DNA of 32,000 nt from an uncultured archaeon (lineage in GTDB: Archaea > Micrarchaeota > Micrarchaeia > Micrarchaeales > CABMGC01). The stretch spans positions 480,001 to 512,000 of the forward strand of contig OY969902.1 in the NCBI GenBank assembly GCA_963704435.1. Direction: 5' to 3'. The number at the start of each line of letters is the position of its first letter. Position 1 is the first letter of the stretch. Under the pieces are notes generated by a model. That model did not search any database, had not been told where the DNA came from, and saw nothing but the letters and a program-made list of their open reading frames with translations. Positions 22,738-31,786 of the stretch are shown here, piece after piece. Both the position numbers and the translations under genes were made by a program.

Positions 22738-24214
22738 TTCGGGTGTTTTGATAAGGGAGAACGCATTGCTGGAAGCCTATCTGAATTCCACCTCTCTGGT
22801 GCAGCACCAGATAGACGGGTTCAACAGGTTCGTGGAGACGGACCTGCAGAAGATAATCGACCAGCAGGCGGTGATACAGCCCAGCGTCGAGGGGTTCGCC
22901 CTCAAGCTCGGCAAGGTCAGGCTCGACAAGCCCTCGATAATCGAGGCCGACAGCTCGAGGAGGAACATACTCCCCAACGAGGCCAGGCTTCGGAACCTCA
23001 CCTACGCGTCCCCGATGTTCCTCGAGTTCGTCCCTGTCATAAGGGGCATCGAGAAGGAGGCCTCTTTCGGAGAGGTGTTCGTCGGCGAGCTCCCGATCGT
23101 CGTGAGGAGCAACCTGTGCCACTTCAAGATGATGACGCGCGGCCAGCTGTCTGAGAACGGGGAGGACCCGGACGACCCCGGCGGATATTTCGTGATAAAG
23201 GGCACCGAGCGCGTCCTCATCGGCCTCGAGGACCTGGCGCAGAACAGGATAATCACCGAGAAGAGCGGAGCTGAGTCTGCCAGCAAGGTCTTCTCAACTG
23301 CCCCGGGATTCAGGGCGAGGACCGTCGTCTCGCGCTCGAAGAACGGGATTTTCCTGGTCGAGTTCCCGACGCTGCACAAGCCGGTCGACATGGTGATGCT
23401 GCTGAGGTCTCTCGGCACGACCGTGAACGACATGCTCGACTCGTCGAGCGACATACCGACGTTCAAGAACGACGTGCTGCTGAACATGGAGACCAACCCC
23501 GCGAAGGACATGGGCCCGACGGAGGCGCTGCTTGAGTTCGGCAAGCTGTCCGCACCAGGGCAGGCGAAGGAGTATCAGCAGAAGCGCGCCGAGATGCAGA
23601 TAGACACCTACCTGCTCCCGCACATAGGGACGGGCGCAGAGGACAGGAAGGAGAAGGGCAAGTTCGTGCTCCAGATGGCGAGGCACGCGAGCATAGTCGC
23701 GAACCGCCTCGCGCAGCCGGACGACAAGGACCACTACGCGAACAAGAGGGTCAAGTACTCCGGGCAGCTCATGGAGGAGCTCTTCACATACGCGTTCAGG
23801 TTCTTCGTGAAGGACGTCAAGTACCAGATAGAGCGCGCGAGCGCAAGGGGCAGGAAGCTCAGCATACCGACCATCATAAGCCCCGAGACCATAACCGAGA
23901 AGATCGCCTATGCGATGGGTACCGGTACCTGGGTCGCCGGCCAGACGGGCGTGTCGCAGGTGCTCGACAGGACCAACCTGATACACACATACTCAGACCT
24001 TAGGAGGGTGAAGTCACCTCTCACGAGGAAGCACCCGCACTTCGCGGCGAGGGAGGTCCACGGCACGCAGTGGGGCAAGATCTGCATCTCCGAGACCCCC
24101 GAAGGACTTGACGTCGGACTCACCAAGTACCTGGCGCTGATGGCGAAGATAAGCGTTGGCGCGGACGAGAAGCTCGTCGAGTCGAAGCTGCGTGACATAG
24201 GCATAACCGAATGA
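22730..24214 (+). CDS. rpoB2: DNA-directed RNA polymerase subunit B'' (Rpo2N, N-terminal part of split B)
   Basis: Conserved ..QHQIDGFNRF.., ..GYFVIKGTERVLI.., ..GKICISETPEG.. motifs. Position after rpoH. Confidence 0.95.
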   Translation: MTDSGVLIRENALLEAYLNSTSLVQHQIDGFNRFVETDLQKIIDQQAVIQPSVEGFALKLGKVRLDKPSIIEADSSRRNILPNEARLRNLTYASPMFLEFVPVIRGIEKEASFGEVFVGELPIVVRSNLCHFKMMTRGQLSENGEDPDDPGGYFVIKGTERVLIGLEDLAQNRIITEKSGAESASKVFSTAPGFRARTVVSRSKNGIFLVEFPTLHKPVDMVMLLRSLGTTVNDMLDSSSDIPTFKNDVLLNMETNPAKDMGPTEALLEFGKLSAPGQAKEYQQKRAEMQIDTYLLPHIGTGAEDRKEKGKFVLQMARHASIVANRLAQPDDKDHYANKRVKYSGQLMEELFTYAFRFFVKDVKYQIERASARGRKLSIPTIISPETITEKIAYAMGTGTWVAGQTGVSQVLDRTNLIHTYSDLRRVKSPLTRKHPHFAAREVHGTQWGKICISETPEGLDVGLTKYLALMAKISVGADEKLVESKLRDIGITE

Positions 24215-24223
24215 GGCATTGGA

Positions 24224-26047
24224 ATGGCGATAAGCGAAAAGTGCTACGTGCATCTTAACGGCCGAGCGATCGGCTACGTCGCGGACCCCGCGAAGTTCAT
24301 CAGCGAGGCGAGGTCCCAGAGGCGGAAGGGCGCGCTCTCCGGAGAGGTGAACGTCGCATACCTCGAGAGGCTCAACGTAATACACATCAACACGGACAGG
24401 GGAAGGGTCAGGAAGCCCTACATCATCGTGGAGGACGGGGCATCGAAGCTCACGAACGAGCTGTTCGAGAAGCTCAAGAAGAAGGAGATAGACTTCAACT
24501 ACCTGGTGAGGAACGGCATCATAGAGTTCCTCGACGCCGAGGAGGAGGAGAACGCTCTCGTGGCAGTGAACGAGAGCGACATAAATCCCAAGGTCACGCA
24601 CCTCGAGGTCGACCCGACCTCGATATTCGGGCTCACGCTGAACTGCGCGCCTTACCCTGAGACCAACGCCCTGGCCAGGCACCTCATGTTGGCGAGCTAC
24701 ATAAAGCAGGCACAGGGCCTCTACGCGACGAACTTCAACCTGAGGTTCGACTCGAGGACCTACATCCTGTTCTACCCGCAGGCGCCGATCGTCACGACGA
24801 CCGCGTACGAGGCGCTCAAGTTCAGCAGCCACGCCTCGGGCCAGAACTTCGTCATAGCCCTCTCCACCCACTACGGCTACAACAAGGAGGACTCGATAGT
24901 CATGAGCAGGGGCGCAGTGGACAGGGGCCTCGGCAGGAGCATGTTCTACAAGACCTACAGCGACGAGGAGAGGAGATACCCGGGAGGCCAGAAGGACGTG
25001 TTCAAGATGCCGCCCGCGACAACGGACGGCTACCTCGGTGAGCACGCCTACTCGAAGCTCAGCGAGGACGGGATAATCGAGCCTGAGATGGAGGTCGGCG
25101 AGGGGGATGTGCTCGTCGGCAAGGTCGCGCCGCCGCGGTTCCTTGAGGAGAGCATAGGCGCGAGCGGCCTGGAGGAGAAGACCAGGGACGACTCCATCGT
25201 AGTCAAGCCAGGGGACAAGGGCGTAGTCGACAGCGTCGTTTTCACGGAGTCGCCGGGAGCCACGAAGATAGTCAAGGTCCGCGTCAGGAGCATAAAGATA
25301 CCTGAGGTCGGAGACAAGTTCGGCAGCAGGCACGGCCAGAAGGGGGTCATCGCGCAGGTTGTCCCTGTCGAGGACATGCCGTTCACCGAGAGCGGCATAG
25401 TGCCTGACCTGCTGCTCAACCCGCACGGGATCCCCGGAAGGACCACTTTCGGACAGCTGCTCGAGACCATCGGCGCTAAGGCGGGCTCGCTCAAGGGCCT
25501 GAAGACCGACGGCACCGCGTTCTCCCAGAACGGCTGGGACAGGATAGAGGACAGCGCCAAGATCCTGGAGGCCTACGGCTTCGACAGGAACGGCGAGGAG
25601 ACGCTCTACGACGGTTTCACGGGCAAGCCGTTCAAGGCCAAGATATTCACAGGGGTCGTGTACTACAACAGGCTCCACCACATGGTCAGCAACAAGATGC
25701 AGGTCAGGAGCAGGGGCACAGTGCAGATACTCACCCATCAGCCCACGGAGGGCAAGGCGAGGCTCGGAGGCCTGAGGTTCGGGGAGATGGAAAGGGACGT
25801 GCTGGTGGCATACGGAGCGAGCCTGCTGCTCAAGGAGAGGATGCTGGACCAGAGCGACAAGTGGCCGGTCCTCATATGCAAGGACTGCGGGTCCGTCGGC
25901 TACAGGGACTACGCGAAGAAGGCCAACGTGTGCCCGCTCTGCGGAGGGAGCGGCCTGGTTGAGGTCGAGATAAGCTACGCGTTCAAGCTGCTGCTGGACG
26001 AGATAAGGTCGCTGCACATAAGGCCGAGGATAAGGCTGGAGGCGTGA
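24224..26047 (+). CDS. rpoB1: DNA-directed RNA polymerase subunit B' (Rpo2C, C-terminal part of split B)
   Basis: ..SRHGQKGV.., ..NPHGIPGR.T.GQL.E.., ..GGLRFGEMERD.., C-terminal Zn ribbon CKDCG...CPLCGG. Confidence 0.95.
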   Translation: MAISEKCYVHLNGRAIGYVADPAKFISEARSQRRKGALSGEVNVAYLERLNVIHINTDRGRVRKPYIIVEDGASKLTNELFEKLKKKEIDFNYLVRNGIIEFLDAEEEENALVAVNESDINPKVTHLEVDPTSIFGLTLNCAPYPETNALARHLMLASYIKQAQGLYATNFNLRFDSRTYILFYPQAPIVTTTAYEALKFSSHASGQNFVIALSTHYGYNKEDSIVMSRGAVDRGLGRSMFYKTYSDEERRYPGGQKDVFKMPPATTDGYLGEHAYSKLSEDGIIEPEMEVGEGDVLVGKVAPPRFLEESIGASGLEEKTRDDSIVVKPGDKGVVDSVVFTESPGATKIVKVRVRSIKIPEVGDKFGSRHGQKGVIAQVVPVEDMPFTESGIVPDLLLNPHGIPGRTTFGQLLETIGAKAGSLKGLKTDGTAFSQNGWDRIEDSAKILEAYGFDRNGEETLYDGFTGKPFKAKIFTGVVYYNRLHHMVSNKMQVRSRGTVQILTHQPTEGKARLGGLRFGEMERDVLVAYGASLLLKERMLDQSDKWPVLICKDCGSVGYRDYAKKANVCPLCGGSGLVEVEISYAFKLLLDEIRSLHIRPRIRLEA

Positions 26048-26051
26048 TGTT

Positions 26052-28595
26052 ATGCAAGCGGAGATAATAGACAGCATAAAGTTCGGCATATTCGCGCCGG
26101 AGCAGATGAAGAAGCTCAGCGTGGCGAAGCTCACCGTCCCGGACACCTACAACGAGGACGGCTACCCGATAGACGGCGGGCTGCTGGACCAGAGGCTGGG
26201 GGTCATAGACCCGGGGCTGGTGTGCAAGACCTGCGGAGGCAGGAACAAGAACTGCCCGGGCCACTTCGGCCACATCGAGCTCGTGAGGCCGGTCGTGCAT
26301 TCCGAATTCGCGAAGATAATCAACATGCTCCTGCAGGCGACGTGCCAGGACTGCCAGAGGATACTCCTGAACAACGACCAGATAGCCACGTTCAAGCTAG
26401 AGGTCGAGAAGGAGCTGGCCGGCGAGAGCGGGAACAAGGAGGGCGGGGAGACGCACGCCGAGCAGACCATGCTGAGGCGGATAAAGAGCGTCAAGAAGTG
26501 CCCGCACTGCGGCGTGGTGCAGGAGAAGCTGAAGTTCTCGGCGCCGACATACTTCTACCTTGGCGACAGGAGGCTCAAGCCCGATGAGCTCCGGGACATG
26601 CTAGCCAAGATAAGCGACGAAGACCTCCTGATACTGGGCATAGATCCCAAGACCAGCAGGTCGGAGTGGTTCATACTGGACACGCTGCTGGTCCCGCCGG
26701 TTGACGTGAGGCCCTCGATAACGCTGGAGACCGGAGAGAGGAGCGAGGACGACCTGACGCACAAGCTCGTGGACATAATGAGGATAAACCAGAGGCTGGA
26801 GCAGAACATCAACGCGGGCGCGCCGCAGATAATCATAGACGACCTGTGGGAGCTGCTGCAGTACCACGTCACCACCTACTTCAACAACGAGACCAGCGGC
26901 ATACCTCCCGCCAGGCACAGGAGCGGCAGGGCGCTGAAGACCATAGCGCAGAGGCTGAAGGGCAAGGAGGGCAGGTTCAGGTACAACCTGAGCGGCAAGA
27001 GGGTCAACTACTCCGCGAGGACGGTCATAAGCGTAGACCCGTACATAGACATAGACGAGGTCGGGATACCGTCGGCCATAGCCGAGAAGATGACCGTGCC
27101 GTTCTACGTGACCGAGTGGAACATCGAGGAGGCGAAGCGCCTGCTCGAGAAGAACGACTACCCGATGGTCGTGAACATCATAATGCCCGACGGCAAGAGG
27201 AAGAGGATGCTCGAGACCAACAAGGAGGAGATGGTCAAGGAGGTCAGGCCGGGCTACATACTCGAGAGGCAGCTGCAGGACGGGGACATCGCCCTGTTCA
27301 ACAGGCAGCCGTCGCTGCACAGGATGAGCATAATGGCCCACCGCATACGCGTCATGGGCGGCAAGACCTACAGGATAAACTACTGCGCGACCGCGCCGTA
27401 CGGGGCAGACTTCGACGGGGACGAGATGAACCTCCACATACCACAGACGCTGGAGGCGCAGGCCGAGGCCAGGTACCTGATGGAGGTCAACGAGCAGATA
27501 TTCTCGCCCAGGGACGGGGCTGCGATAATAGCGAACGGGCAGGACGGGGTCATAGGACTCTACCTGCTCACGCAGGACGACACCTACCTGGACAGGGACG
27601 AGGCGACATACCTGCTGAGCCTAGGTGGGATAAGGGAGCTGCCGAAGGAGGCGAAGGGCGGGAAGTACAAGGGCAAGGACATATTCTCCATGTTCCTTCC
27701 GGAGGGCATCAACTACGAGTTCACAAGGAAGAAGGAGAAGTTCGTGATCAAGAACGGGCGGCTCGTCGAGGGGGTCGTCACTAAGTCGATAATCGGGCAG
27801 GGCAGCGGCCTGTTCGTCGCCATAGCCGAGCAGTACGGGTTCGACGCGCTCAGCCAGTTCCTCTCGAAGTTCTCGAGGGTCGCGGACGCGTGCGCAACGT
27901 TCTTCGGGATGACCATAGGGGTCAAGGACTACCTGATCAGCGACGTCGCGGAGGCGGAGAGGAAGAAGCTGCTGGCCGAGACCGAGAAGAAGGTCGAGGA
28001 CCTCATAACATCGTACAAGACGGGCAAGCTGGAGCCGCTGCTGGGATACACGCTCAAGCAGTCGCTGGAGAGGATGATAGTCGCCGAGTTGGACATCGCG
28101 AGGGACAGCTCAGGCGGAATACTGCTGCGCACCACGAACCCGAGCAACTCAACCATCCTCATGTCGGTCTCCGGGGCCAGGGGCAGCATGCTGAACTTCA
28201 TACAGATGAGCATGATGCTCGGGCAGCAGGCGCCGCTGGGAGGAGGGAGGATCCGCAGGGGCTACTACACCCGGAGGGTCATACCCCACGTGAGGCCGAG
28301 GTCGATGCTGCCCAAGGCGAGGGGATTCATAACCAGCAACTTCTCGGACGGGCTCAACCCGATAGAGATGATGATGCACGCGATAGGAGCGAGGAGCTCG
28401 GTCATACACAAGGGTCTCCTGACCCCGAAGAGCGGCTACCTGGAGAGGAGGCTCGTGAACGCTCTGCAGGACTACTACGTCTATGCGGACGGGAGCGTCA
28501 GGGACGTCGGGAACAACATGATACAGACCATATACGGAGGCGACTCCACGGACCCGACGAGGGTCGAGTTCGCGAAGGCCGGAAAGGGAGATTGA
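26052..28595 (+). CDS. rpoA1: DNA-directed RNA polymerase subunit A' (Rpo1N)
   Basis: Zn motif CKTCGG..NCPGHFGHIEL, catalytic NADFDGDEMNLH-type motif (YGADFDGDEMNLH), ..NRQPSLHRMS... Confidence 0.96.
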   Translation: MQAEIIDSIKFGIFAPEQMKKLSVAKLTVPDTYNEDGYPIDGGLLDQRLGVIDPGLVCKTCGGRNKNCPGHFGHIELVRPVVHSEFAKIINMLLQATCQDCQRILLNNDQIATFKLEVEKELAGESGNKEGGETHAEQTMLRRIKSVKKCPHCGVVQEKLKFSAPTYFYLGDRRLKPDELRDMLAKISDEDLLILGIDPKTSRSEWFILDTLLVPPVDVRPSITLETGERSEDDLTHKLVDIMRINQRLEQNINAGAPQIIIDDLWELLQYHVTTYFNNETSGIPPARHRSGRALKTIAQRLKGKEGRFRYNLSGKRVNYSARTVISVDPYIDIDEVGIPSAIAEKMTVPFYVTEWNIEEAKRLLEKNDYPMVVNIIMPDGKRKRMLETNKEEMVKEVRPGYILERQLQDGDIALFNRQPSLHRMSIMAHRIRVMGGKTYRINYCATAPYGADFDGDEMNLHIPQTLEAQAEARYLMEVNEQIFSPRDGAAIIANGQDGVIGLYLLTQDDTYLDRDEATYLLSLGGIRELPKEAKGGKYKGKDIFSMFLPEGINYEFTRKKEKFVIKNGRLVEGVVTKSIIGQGSGLFVAIAEQYGFDALSQFLSKFSRVADACATFFGMTIGVKDYLISDVAEAERKKLLAETEKKVEDLITSYKTGKLEPLLGYTLKQSLERMIVAELDIARDSSGGILLRTTNPSNSTILMSVSGARGSMLNFIQMSMMLGQQAPLGGGRIRRGYYTRRVIPHVRPRSMLPKARGFITSNFSDGLNPIEMMMHAIGARSSVIHKGLLTPKSGYLERRLVNALQDYYVYADGSVRDVGNNMIQTIYGGDSTDPTRVEFAKAGKGD

Positions 28596-28596
28596 C

Positions 28597-29649
28597 ATGG
28601 CGAAGAAGTTCGATTCCAACATAAACGTGCATGCGGGGGAGCCAGTGGGCGTGCTCGCGGCCCAGTCCATAGGGGAGCCAGGAACGCAGATGATCCTGAA
28701 GGTCTTCCACTTCGCGGGAATAGCGTCCACCATAACCACGTCGGGGCTTCCCAGGATAGTCGAGCTCCTGGACGCGAAGAAGAGGCCGACGACGCCGTTC
28801 TCCTCCATAAGGCTCACGGACAGCGCCAAGAAGGACTTCTCGAAGGCCGAGGAGATCGCGAAGAGGATAAGCGAGGTCAGGATGGGTGACATATCGCACC
28901 GGGCGGTGGAGAACTTCTCCAAGGGCAGGATACAGATACTGCTGGACGCCCAGGCGCTCAGGGCGGCGGAGCTGACGCCCAGGCAGGTCGCGGCAAAGGT
29001 GTCAAAGGCATTCGACCTCGAGGCCGAGGTCACCGAGAACGGGAACATCGAGGTCAAGACGCGCACGCAGAGCATGAGCGAGATCAGGGGCATCGCGGTC
29101 AAGCTGATGGATGCGCTTGTGAGCGGCGTGGAGGGCGCGGGAAGGGCCATGGTCGTGCAGGACAGGGCGACGGGCGAGTTCTACATCGAGTCGGCGGGGA
29201 GCAGCATAGAGGCGATGCTCGGCGTGGACGGCGTGGACAAGTCGAAGATCTACACCAACGACGTGTTCGAGATGAACAGGGTCTTCGGCATCGAGGCGGC
29301 GAGGAACACGCTGGCCAAGGAGCTGAAGGACACCATAGAGGGACAGGGCATAACGATCAGCTCCAGGCACCTGCTGCTCGTGGCGGACGCGATGACGTCG
29401 CAGGGGAAGATAGAGAGCATCGGCAGGCACGGCCTAGTCGGAGGAAAGGAGTCGGTCCTGGCGAGGGCGGCGTTCGAGGAGACGGTGAAGCACCTGATAA
29501 ACGCGGCGGCGTTCGGCGAGGTCGACATGCTCAGGGGAGTCACGGAGAACATACTCATAGGCAAGCAGATACCGCTGGGAACGGGAACGGTGAAGCTGAT
29601 GGTGAAGAGGGAGGAGGAAGGAAAGAAGAAGGCAAAGGGCAAGGGCTAG
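28597..29649 (+). CDS. rpoA2: DNA-directed RNA polymerase subunit A'' (Rpo1C)
   Basis: ..GEPVGVLAAQSIGEPGTQM.. trigger-loop region. Position after A'. Confidence 0.95.
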   Translation: MAKKFDSNINVHAGEPVGVLAAQSIGEPGTQMILKVFHFAGIASTITTSGLPRIVELLDAKKRPTTPFSSIRLTDSAKKDFSKAEEIAKRISEVRMGDISHRAVENFSKGRIQILLDAQALRAAELTPRQVAAKVSKAFDLEAEVTENGNIEVKTRTQSMSEIRGIAVKLMDALVSGVEGAGRAMVVQDRATGEFYIESAGSSIEAMLGVDGVDKSKIYTNDVFEMNRVFGIEAARNTLAKELKDTIEGQGITISSRHLLLVADAMTSQGKIESIGRHGLVGGKESVLARAAFEETVKHLINAAAFGEVDMLRGVTENILIGKQIPLGTGTVKLMVKREEEGKKKAKGKG

Positions 29650-29688
29650 AGCGGAGAAATCCAGTTTAATTTTTTATTTGATGGTGGT

Positions 29689-29919
29689 TTGATGCAGACG
29701 GAAAGGCCTTTCGACCTGCTGAACAAGTCCATAGGCAGGAAGGTAATGATACGGCTGAAGAACGGGATAAGGATGAGGGGCAAGGTCTCCTCGTTCGACC
29801 TGCACATGAACATGGTGCTGGAGGACGTCGAGGAGCTGGGGGACGACGGCGACTCCAAGGCGAAGCTCGGGACAATCCTGCTCCGCGGCGGGAACATAAT
29901 CTTCATCTCGCCTGTATAG
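29689..29919 (+). CDS. Sm-like archaeal protein (LSm/SmAP)
   Basis: Sm1 and Sm2 motifs: ..VMIRLKNGIRMRGKVSSFDLHMNMVLEDVEE.. and ..LGTILLRGGNIIFISP.. Confidence 0.88.
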   Translation: MMQTERPFDLLNKSIGRKVMIRLKNGIRMRGKVSSFDLHMNMVLEDVEELGDDGDSKAKLGTILLRGGNIIFISPV

Positions 29920-29975
29920 CTGTTGCGCCCGCGGCCGGGCGAACGGCGGCAAGGGAGTCGCTCCTTACCTACTAC

Positions 29976-29983
29976 AATATAAA
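29976..29983 (+). promoter_or_regulatory. Putative TATA box for tRNA-Ala
   Basis: AATATAAA is centred about 29 nt upstream of the tRNA 5' end (30009). Confidence 0.45.
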
Positions 29984-30008
29984 TGAAAAATGACGATAAG
30001 ATAAAGTT

Positions 30009-30108
30009 GGGCTCCTAGCGTAACGGTAGCGCGCCTGCATGGCATGCAGGAGGTTGCGGGTTCGAATGGGTCCGGTCCGCCGGGTCCACGAAAATCCCGC
30101 GGAGTCCA
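30009..30108 (+). tRNA. tRNA-Ala (anticodon GGC) interrupted by a ~28-nt insert in the T-loop (putative non-canonical intron, about 30067/30068 to 30094/30095)
   Basis: Acceptor GGGCTCC/GGAGTCC with the G3:U70 alanine identity pair. D-arm GCGT-AACGGTA-GCGC. Anticodon stem CCTGC/GCAGG with loop ATGGCAT. The T-stem 5' half GCGGG plus TTCGAAT (30056-30067) is separated from the 3' half CCCGC (30096-30100) by GGGTCCGGTCCGCCGGGTCCACGAAAAT, which can form an ~8-bp hairpin. Confidence 0.8.
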
Positions 30109-30204
30109 TCTTTTCGTTTACTGTACAGAGAACCACGCATTCACTGTGGTTCCGTCTCCCTGTGAGCTTAGAATTTGAACTGCAAGAAAACGTCGGGCAA
30201 CAAG

Positions 30205-30681
30205 TCAATTCCGTCTCTTCTCCTTGATTTGCAAATTCTGCTTTTGCGCGACATGCGCTTTCAAGATCTTGGAAAGCTCCGGGATCGACGTCGCGGTTCC
30301 CCCACTGCTCTTGAGGGGCACCGCCAGCATCGGATTGTCATTTCCTCCGATAAGGGTTCTGACGTCAGTCTTCAGGCCTATTAGGTGCTTTCCGTAGGCA
30401 CAGGCCATCCCCAGCTCGTAGGCCGCCCCCTCGTCCGGCACCCTCCCGTCATAGACCATGACGACGATGTCCGTTTCCTTGAGTTTCCTCACGTCCAAAG
30501 CGAATATCATTTCCTTTGCCTTGTCCTCCGCGATGCCCTGTTCCAGCAGATCGGACAGTCTAAGCCCGTCCCTTTGCGGCAGAAAGGTGTCTATGCCCGC
30601 TTCCCTCACACAGGCATCCACCTTCTCGTTGAACTCCAGCTCTCCCTGCGAGAACAGCGGGCCCGCGATGTACGCTTTCAT
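30205..30681 (-). CDS. Nucleoside 2-deoxyribosyltransferase-family protein
   Basis: MKAYIAGPLFSQGE.. N-terminus, ..DIVVMVYDGRVPDEGAAYELGMACAYGK.. matches the NDT family pattern. ATG at 30681 is preceded by GGAGGGTGGGG. Confidence 0.65.
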   Translation of the reverse strand: MKAYIAGPLFSQGELEFNEKVDACVREAGIDTFLPQRDGLRLSDLLEQGIAEDKAKEMIFALDVRKLKETDIVVMVYDGRVPDEGAAYELGMACAYGKHLIGLKTDVRTLIGGNDNPMLAVPLKSSGGTATSIPELSKILKAHVAQKQNLQIKEKRRN

Positions 30682-30849
30682 GTTTTCCCCACCCTCCACG
30701 ACGCCCCCAGAAGTAGAATCGTCAAGGAATAAAAATTCTCATCTTCGAATCTTTTACCAAGGGGCTGAAATGCACAAACAGTCTAATCTTTCAACATTTA
30801 GTTGAAATAAACGAAAGATATTTAAATATTTAGACATAATATAGTAAGC

Positions 30850-31344
30850 ATGCATTCCGAGGAGCGCATAATAATAAGGTCCATCGCCAAGCCTACTGCG
30901 GACAGCGTGGAGGAGCTGACTTTCTGGTTCTGCAGGGCGTTCGACCTCGCCTCAGGCGGCGAGGCCCTCGAGCCCAGCCTGTTCAAGGAGATCGTGAGCG
31001 CCAGCGTGGAGGGCACCGGCGTCACGAGCAAGGAGCTCAATGACCGGCTCGCCGTGCCGCGGACCACAGTCATCTACCACCTCAACAGGTTCATAGGCTC
31101 CGGGCTCGTTGTCCGGAAAGGTCGGAAGTACTTCCTGCGCTCCGAGGACATGGAGAGCACGATAGAGGAGCTCCAGGCTGACATGACCCGCGAGTTCAGC
31201 CGCATGCTCGCTTTCGCTGAGAAATTTGACGAGATACTGGCAGGCGATGCCGCCGCCATCGGAAGGAGGAGAATAAATGCCGAAAGACAAAGAACCGAAG
31301 GAAAACGGAGAGTCGAAGCAAACAGCAACCGGAGAAAGCGCTGA
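30850..31344 (+). CDS. Winged helix-turn-helix transcriptional regulator upstream of grpE
   Basis: ..GVTSKELNDRLAVPRTTVIYHLNRFIGSGLVVRKGRKYFL.. is wHTH-like. The palindromic TATA region ATATTTAAATAT lies about 30 nt upstream. Confidence 0.55.
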   Translation: MHSEERIIIRSIAKPTADSVEELTFWFCRAFDLASGGEALEPSLFKEIVSASVEGTGVTSKELNDRLAVPRTTVIYHLNRFIGSGLVVRKGRKYFLRSEDMESTIEELQADMTREFSRMLAFAEKFDEILAGDAAAIGRRRINAERQRTEGKRRVEANSNRRKR

Positions 31345-31786
31345 ATCCCCCCAGGTGGCGGAGCTGAAGGACAGGCTGCTGAGGCTCGCCGCCGAGTTCG
31401 ACAACTACAAGAAGCGCGTCGCCAGGGACATCGACTCAGCGAAGACGCTGGGGAAGGCGGAGCTCATGCGGGGCATGGTGCCGGTGCTGGACGAGTTCGA
31501 GCTCGCGATAAACGCGAAGGGCCTCGACGACGAGTCCGCCAGGGGCATCGAGCTCGTATATTCCAACCTCATGGAATCCCTGAAACGGGAGGGCCTTAGG
31601 ACCGTCGAGGTGGACGGGAAGTTCGACCCGTTCAGGCACGAGATCGTGCTGACTCGGGAAAGTAACGAGGAAGACGGCGTGATCATCGGAGTGGTGCGGA
31701 AGGGCTACGCGCTTGGCGACCTGCTGATAAGGCCAGCGTCTGTTATCGTTTCAAAGAAGTTTATAGAGAAAGGTGAATCAAAATGA
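31277..31786 (+). CDS. grpE: Nucleotide exchange factor GrpE
   Basis: ..LKDRLLRLAAEFDNYKKRVARD.., ..FDPFRHEIV.., ..KGYALGDLLIRPASVIV.. ATG 31277 has a GGAGGAG upstream but overlaps the regulator by 68 nt. An alternative GTG start at 31355 would remove the overlap. Confidence 0.88.
   Translation: MPKDKEPKENGESKQTATGESAESPQVAELKDRLLRLAAEFDNYKKRVARDIDSAKTLGKAELMRGMVPVLDEFELAINAKGLDDESARGIELVYSNLMESLKREGLRTVEVDGKFDPFRHEIVLTRESNEEDGVIIGVVRKGYALGDLLIRPASVIVSKKFIEKGESK

Noticed and set aside
24014-26146. 710-aa ORF antisense to rpoB' and the start of rpoA'. Other long antisense or alternative-frame ORFs include 9127-10008, 10679-11449, 26601-27437, 28149-29150, 3476-4159, 26846-27784 and 27890-28624.
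   Set aside because: They lie entirely within strongly supported conserved genes. They translate to low-complexity Arg/Gly/Pro/Leu-rich sequence with no recognisable motifs. Their absence of stop codons is the expected by-product of GC-rich, G/C-ending codon usage in the sense frame.
29972-30227. ORFs 29972-30208 (-) and 30039-30227 (+) in the Sm/NDT intergenic region.
   Set aside because: They overlap the tRNA-Ala gene and its insert. A hairpin GAACCAC/GTGGTTC sits at about 30130-30155 and T-runs follow the tRNA. These are better explained as termination signals between convergent genes.
30205-30681. Nucleoside 2-deoxyribosyltransferase-like gene considered as part of a nucleotide-targeting defence system.
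   Set aside because: It is a single gene with no sensor, effector or TIR/SIR2-type partner adjacent. It is flanked by a tRNA and the chaperone locus. A housekeeping salvage role is the simpler reading.
31277-31344. 68-nt out-of-frame overlap between the wHTH regulator and grpE, considered as a possible unusual overlapping-gene arrangement.
   Set aside because: It may simply reflect start-codon choice. A GTG at 31355, just before the conserved LKDRLLRLAAEFDNYKKR region, would remove the overlap. This cannot be decided from sequence alone.
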